Of a stretch of DNA of 64,000 nt, positions 58,156 to 64,000 are shown in pieces. Numbering within the stretch: position 1 is the stretch's first letter; each line of letters opens with the position of its first letter. This stretch comes from Schmidtea polychroa (lineage: Eukaryota): NCBI GenBank assembly GCA_044892525.1, contig CM097885.1, forward strand, positions 32,800,001 through 32,864,000. Reading direction: 5' to 3'. Both the position numbers and the translations under genes were made by a program. Under the pieces are notes generated by a model. That model was not told the origin of the DNA. It made no database searches and saw only the letters and a program-made list of their open reading frames with translations.

Positions 58156-58824
58156 TGCTTCAAGTATAAAATTATAGTATATTCCAATAATAGAGTTAAA
58201 TTAATTAATTAAGGCAATTCAATTCGTTTGTAAAGCTTTATTATTCAGCAAAAAAAATATAATTTCAAATATAATATAGTTTTCTGAACTCTTAAATATC
58301 AATTAAACATTTTAAACTTAACAATTTAATTTTTTCAAAGTTTCACAAAAAAACCAAAGTTAATATTCCTCAACAGCCTTTTTCAAATGAATTTGATCGA
58401 ATTTGAATTTGATTTATTAAAAAACTTAACTATGAATCAGTATCGATATCAATTTTTAATCAAAATCACTTGAAAAAGACAGTGCCGAAAGTTCGTGAAT
58501 ATCTTTACTGATTCATAGTCAACTTTTTTAATAAATACAATGCCAATTGAAAATAAATTAGTGGCGAAAATTCAAAAAAGTTCTTATAATAATATTGAAA
58601 AAGTTTACATTGCACAGTTGTAAAAATATTCTTAATCCAAAATTAGCCTTTAGGTGTCTTTTAGACGTAGGGTAATATGTGGAGCCGGGAACAAAGAACT
58701 TTTACGTAATCGATGACATCACAAAGAAAATTACGTCATCCCCGCCCGGGGTGTTTTTTATAAAAAAATTTTATTTTTAAATTTTGTTTTTTTAATTTTT
58801 TTGTTTTAAAAATTTTTTTAATTA

Positions 58825-59010
58825 TGTAACAAAGACATGTTACGTAACGAATACATATTGTGTAACGAAGACATATTACATAATAAAGACATGTTGCATA
58901 TCAAAAACATATTACGTAACAAAGACATATTTCGCAACAAAGACATACGGCATAACAAAGGAATAAATTTAAACAAAGGACTATTACATAACAAAGACAT
59001 TTTAACAAAG
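58825..59010. repeat. 18-bp minisatellite (ACAAAGACATATTACGTA-like), about 10 units
   Basis: Directly visible periodicity. Confidence 0.85.
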
Positions 59011-59339
59011 AAACATGACTCATCATACTTTTTAAATATATTACGTTGCGGTATTTTAAAATTTAAATATATTTTAAAAACTTATTTTGACGCTTAAGTT
59101 GACAAATTAAAATTATTGCACATACTTTGCACATACTTTCCATTATCATATATCCTCCGAGTCTATCCGACAAGATATTCTGTCCCCCTGAGGGTAATGG
59201 TCACAAAGGTACTGGTAAAACTTTAACATATTATTACACAATGTTTAAAAAATATTATTAGTGTCCACACATGGTCATGCAACAAGTTAGTGTTCCCATC
59301 GATAGCTCATATTAAAGTCTAGTGTAAGATCTATCTAAT

Positions 59340-59561
<222 letters not shown>

Positions 59562-60344
59562 CTCCGAGTCTATCCGACAAGATATTATGTCCCCCTATGG
59601 GTACTGCTCACAAAGGTACGTTAACAGAATTTGAAAAAATAAAAATATTTTATTGTAACATTTTTATTTTTGTAAAACATTAAAAGGTTACCAAAATGTC
59701 TTTATAAATTTTTTTTTGAAAGCGTTTGAGTAATCCAGGTTGATTCCAAAAATGAAATGATCTAGTAAAAGTGTCGGATGGTTCCTATAATTATTATAAT
59801 TGGGGTCATTGTTTGATTTCAAACAGGTTTAAAACGGAAAACATTTGATTTCATTCATGAATAAAGACGAGTATTTTGCAAGTATTTCTTTGATAAAACA
59901 TTTTGTGCAAGTAAATATTCGAGGGCAGTAAAATGAAAGAACCGCAGGATATTAAGATTTCTTAGTTATATGCGTTCCTTGAATTTCATTAGAATTATAC
60001 CTATAATTTATCAATTTTTGATCATTCATTTAGTTACACAGCATAACAAATAACAAATTGTATTCTCACAAAAAAATAAGCAAATTCTGAATAATTTTGA
60101 CAACTGATTTCAATGTAATTTCTATCAAATAAAGTCTATATATGTTAAACGTTTAAATAATTTAATTAAGTTTATCTTTGCCTTTAAACACCAACAATCT
60201 TTCCTCGTTTTCGGCAATATTACTAAATCAAAATATATAAATATATTTATAAAAAAATTTGAAATTATTCTTAATTAACTTTAAATATTTATTCAATTTA
60301 ATTTAATTATTTCATTGCTTATTCCATAATATATATTTTTTGCT

Positions 60345-60617
60345 ACCATTTTGTCTTGGCACCTCAATTCCTACCTTTCTCCAGAAAAATATTGATTGCG
60401 ATATTTTAAAACTTTTAATTAATTTTGCACTCAAATTTTAATTGATTCTACCTATTTCAAATTAATTTCTGCAATTATTTACCATTTTGTCTTGGCACCT
60501 CAATTCCTACCTTTCTCCAGAAAAATATTGATTGCGATTTTTTAAAACTTTTAATTAATTTTGCACTCAAATTTTAATTGATTCTACCTATTTCAAATTA
60601 ATTTCTGCAATTATTTA
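60345..60617. repeat. 136-bp tandem duplication
   Basis: ACCATTTTGTCTTGGCACC at 60345 and 60481, near-identical units. Confidence 0.9.
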
Positions 60618-62019
60618 CATAAGCTCAGCAAAAATTCTAAAATGAAAATTGAAAAACAAAATTCACTCAAATATTTTGATTATAAATTGTATCCATAAAA
60701 ATATCTGAAAACGATTCCAAATTCTATAATAAAAATATATATTTTACTACAATTGTTTTTTAGGTTGTAAAAACTAGCATAAATTAAACAAAAATTCGCA
60801 ACTTTACTTAATTAAAGTTATTCAATAATTATTTGAATTTAAATAATTTTTTTGTAAATAACATTATAATTCTATAATATTATAAGAACTTCTTTCAAAT
60901 ATCACCACTGATTTCCTTTCAATTGACTTTGTGTTTATTAAAAAGCTTGACAGTGAATCAGTAAATATATAAAAAAAACTTCGATATATTTACTGATTCA
61001 TAGTCAAGCTTTTTAATAAATACAATAATTCTAGAAATTTTTATTCAACAAAGAATAATAAAAAATATTTTTTAAATGTCTTTAATTTAAAAATTTGTTA
61101 AATTTTAACGTAAATATTAAAATAGAACGATTTTTATTTTTAGAAAGAAATAATTATATAAATGATATTGTTGAGGTTTTAAAAGTGAATTATTAAATTA
61201 TATAGTTCAGATTAAAAGGAAAGCCGAAATTGAATGGCGGTCAAGCAGAGAAACAATGGCAAAGAAAGATATGATAAAAATAGAACTATAAAAGGGTACA
61301 ATCATGAAATTGGAAAATGCGCAAACCTGAGGAAGTGGAATAAAGTGAAAAGTTATCGAAATTGAAGCTGGAAAACGGTAGAGGAGTAGATTAAGGGATG
61401 GTGAAGAAGACAGTGAGCAAGAAATGGTTAGAAAATGTGTAGAAAGGGTCGTAAAACAGACAAATGTGGAAAAAAGTAAAATACTAATTAATTAATTAAT
61501 TGGCTAATGGGAAACCCGAGCTAATGGAAAGCCCGAGCCAATGGAGAACCCGAGCGATGAAGAAACCCGAGCACGGCAATTTGGAAGGGTAAACAAACGA
61601 GGAATTCAGAGGGCAATTACCCAAACAACCGGATAAACGATGGTAAACAAAAGAAGGGGAATTACGAAGAGGGTCAACAGAAATAGCCAATTAGGGAATG
61701 ATAACTAAAGAAGTCAAAACCAATTAGGTCAAAATGGGGCAATTACAACGATTACAACATTCACATAATCAGCAATAGCCTTAGGTAGGGAAGAAGAAAC
61801 CGACATTAGGAGTTAAAGGAATAGAATAAAAGAAGAAAAGAATTATAGGAAAAACTGAAGAGTAGAAATTTGCATATTATCAAAATAAATTTAGTTTCTG
61901 TTATATTTTTACATACAGATCGAATTATTTTCAGAGCTTTATATTGACAACATTGTGTACCAACATTATTATAAACATTTCAGTGAAAATTATATTTCTT
62001 GTGGTAATTTAATAAAAAT

Positions 62020-62230
62020 TATGGAATTTGCCTTTTGTTAACCGGGCTCGAATGCGGTCACAGAAAGAGTTTTTTCAATTATTAATAATATGTCAACAGC
62101 AGATAAATCGCAATTTAATATTGATACTTTGAAAACAATGTTTATAACAAAATGTAATTTCGAATGCAATATTAGCGAGAACTTCAAGCTGCAAATAGAA
62201 AACGGTGAAGTCCTTAAAAAATTCATTCTA
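62020..62230 (+). pseudogene. hAT transposase C-terminal fragment
   Basis: LPGSNAVTERVFSIIN. Confidence 0.6.
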
Positions 62231-62449
62231 TCACAAAATACTCATAAAACCAATTAAATTACTTTTATACTATTATTAAATAATTTTTATTGTATTAGTA
62301 TTTGTTTCATTTAGAACAATTTTTAAAACAATTTTTTCTAAAATGACCTCCCACTGACTGATGTCCCAGATTGAACTCCAGAAAAATGGTCATCCTATAC
62401 TCATACAAAATATTTCAACGGATTCACTGTCATCACCAAGTAGAAACGA

Positions 62450-63030
62450 ATAAACTATATAGATTTTAAATTGCTTATTTTAAAAGATTTAACAAAAAAA
62501 TTGGATATTTCTCCGATGAAACAAAAGGCAGTAAAATTCAATTAGCTCTGTTTCTGATGAAGGTCCATCTTCTTGAACATTTCCCACGACACATCTGGAT
62601 AGTTTCTCAATATTTATATTTTGTGTATTCAGGTTTAATTTTTTGAACTCAACAAAACGATGTTCAAACTAAATGTGCAAGGTCAAAAGTATTTGAATAT
62701 GATTTTCTCTTGTATGTGATTCACAATTTATTTCATCTTCCAGCTTTTCTTTCAAACAGGGAAAATACTTGATTTCTTCAAGACATAAGTTATTTTTCCA
62801 AAATGAAAGTTTGTTTAACAATGCTTATAAGCTTGAAATCATTTGTCCCGGAAACTGAATATTAAGTTAGTTAATTCATTTTGTGACATCTACAAGAAAA
62901 ACAAAGTCTCGCAACCAAGCAAGATTTTCAAGTTGTGAATAGTTTTCAATGTGTTCTTTGAAAAATGCAACTCTTGCAGGTAGCAATTCATTGAAACGGC
63001 GTAAAATATGTCCCTTACTTATTGTTAATT
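62450..63030 (-). pseudogene. Degenerate hAT (SPIN/GTF2IRD2-like) transposase fragment
   Basis: SKGHILRRFNELL...WLRDFVFLVDVT...KLSFWKN...YFPCL. Confidence 0.6.
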
Positions 63031-64000
63031 GAGATGTGCCAATTATATTTACAGATTCATCAAGTTTATTAGGTAAATAGCAACATCTGCTAAATCACTT
63101 CCAAACTGCAAAGAAACATCACTAGACATTCTCAACTTGCCTAGTATTGGTAGAAAGCCGCGAGGAATTAATTGCATATAATATATCTGATTTGTTTTTA
63201 AAGCCATCAAATAATACATCTACTGCTTCCTTTGTCATTCCATTTTCTTCGCAAGTTTTTCTTTTTTGCTATTATCTGTGAGGTGCGATAGTATGCAATA
63301 GTAGCTGCCTTGTTTTTATCCATGATTTTTGTAAAAGTACATTGTTGAAGACTTAATTAGTTTTTCAACTATTCTACTTTTGTTTTTCTCACATACGAAG
63401 CTAAAGGATTATCGTAATCAATAGTGCCATCACTATTCGGGAGAATAGTGATGGACAGGAACCGTGTTTGGCAAGAATAAACTTTTTACAAGCTCTGTAA
63501 AAAAGCAAGCGCCTTCAACAGCTGCGAATATGTCATCTTAAAGTTTTTGGAAATGTTAATGAAAAGGATTGCAACACTGCCATGAATTCTAATATTATCT
63601 CTACTTATCCTTCAGGATTAAAAAATAAAGGAGAACCTGGTACACTTCAAAGTCAAACATCAATAATTAAGTTCTTTGTAGGGGACAAGGTAAGAGTAAC
63701 AATGACTTCAGAAACCTTTAAACATTTTCTAATCCAAATGGTGGTCCAAAGTAGTGTGCCTTTAACATTTTTTTTCGGAACCTGCCTTTTTAGGTTTAAA
63801 CAGTGAAATGGCTAAACACTTGGAATTTCGCTGGAAAGAGCTAGCATCAGGAGACTGATACTTGAAGAGGCTAAAATTAAAAAAGATGGATTGCAATAAA
63901 GTTTAAGTTTTGTAAAATTTTGTGTAAAATTATATATAGTCGGAGTCAGATTTAAAATTTTAAAAAAATATAGTCGGAGTCAGGATCGTAATTTTTAGGA

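Noticed and set aside
61240..61860. Purine-rich segment, possibly a DIRS or LINE remnant
   Set aside because: Too degenerate to assign.
63582..63806. Mind-bomb SH3-like repeat fragment (FFVGDKVRV)
   Set aside because: Short match, frame breaks, no supportable gene model.

Overview
AT-rich eukaryotic (metazoan) genomic DNA. Short introns, (ATT)n tracts and the transposon repertoire suggest a planarian flatworm, but this is an inference. The window is dominated by mobile DNA. (1) 1-~12.4 kb, minus strand: a 5'-truncated giant Ty3/Gypsy-type retroelement resembling planarian 'Burro' elements. Its degenerate polyprotein reads ubiquitin-like, Bcl-2-like, chuvirus-type envelope glycoprotein, protease, RT, RNase H, integrase, ankyrin repeats and a second type-I membrane protein, followed by small cargo ORFs including a TRAF. 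(2) A decayed Maverick/Polinton remnant (12.4-14.2 kb). (3) A short-LTR Gypsy element (14.4-19.1 kb). (4) An intact Buster-type hAT transposon with a perfect 8-bp TSD, inserted in a UBX-domain pseudogene. (5) Penelope fragments with minimal hammerhead ribozymes, MITEs and microsatellites. (6) Exons of a host WS/DGAT-like gene and an ASF1 pseudogene. (7) A full-length 14.6-kb Maverick/Polinton (adintovirus-like) element at 42421-57066 with ~950-bp TIRs, a 6-bp TSD and a complete virion module. Its TIRs carry four copies of an apparent Pol III small-RNA gene (A box, B box, terminal stem, oligo-T), reminiscent of adenovirus VA RNA. All domain calls come from reading motifs by eye; no searches were run.
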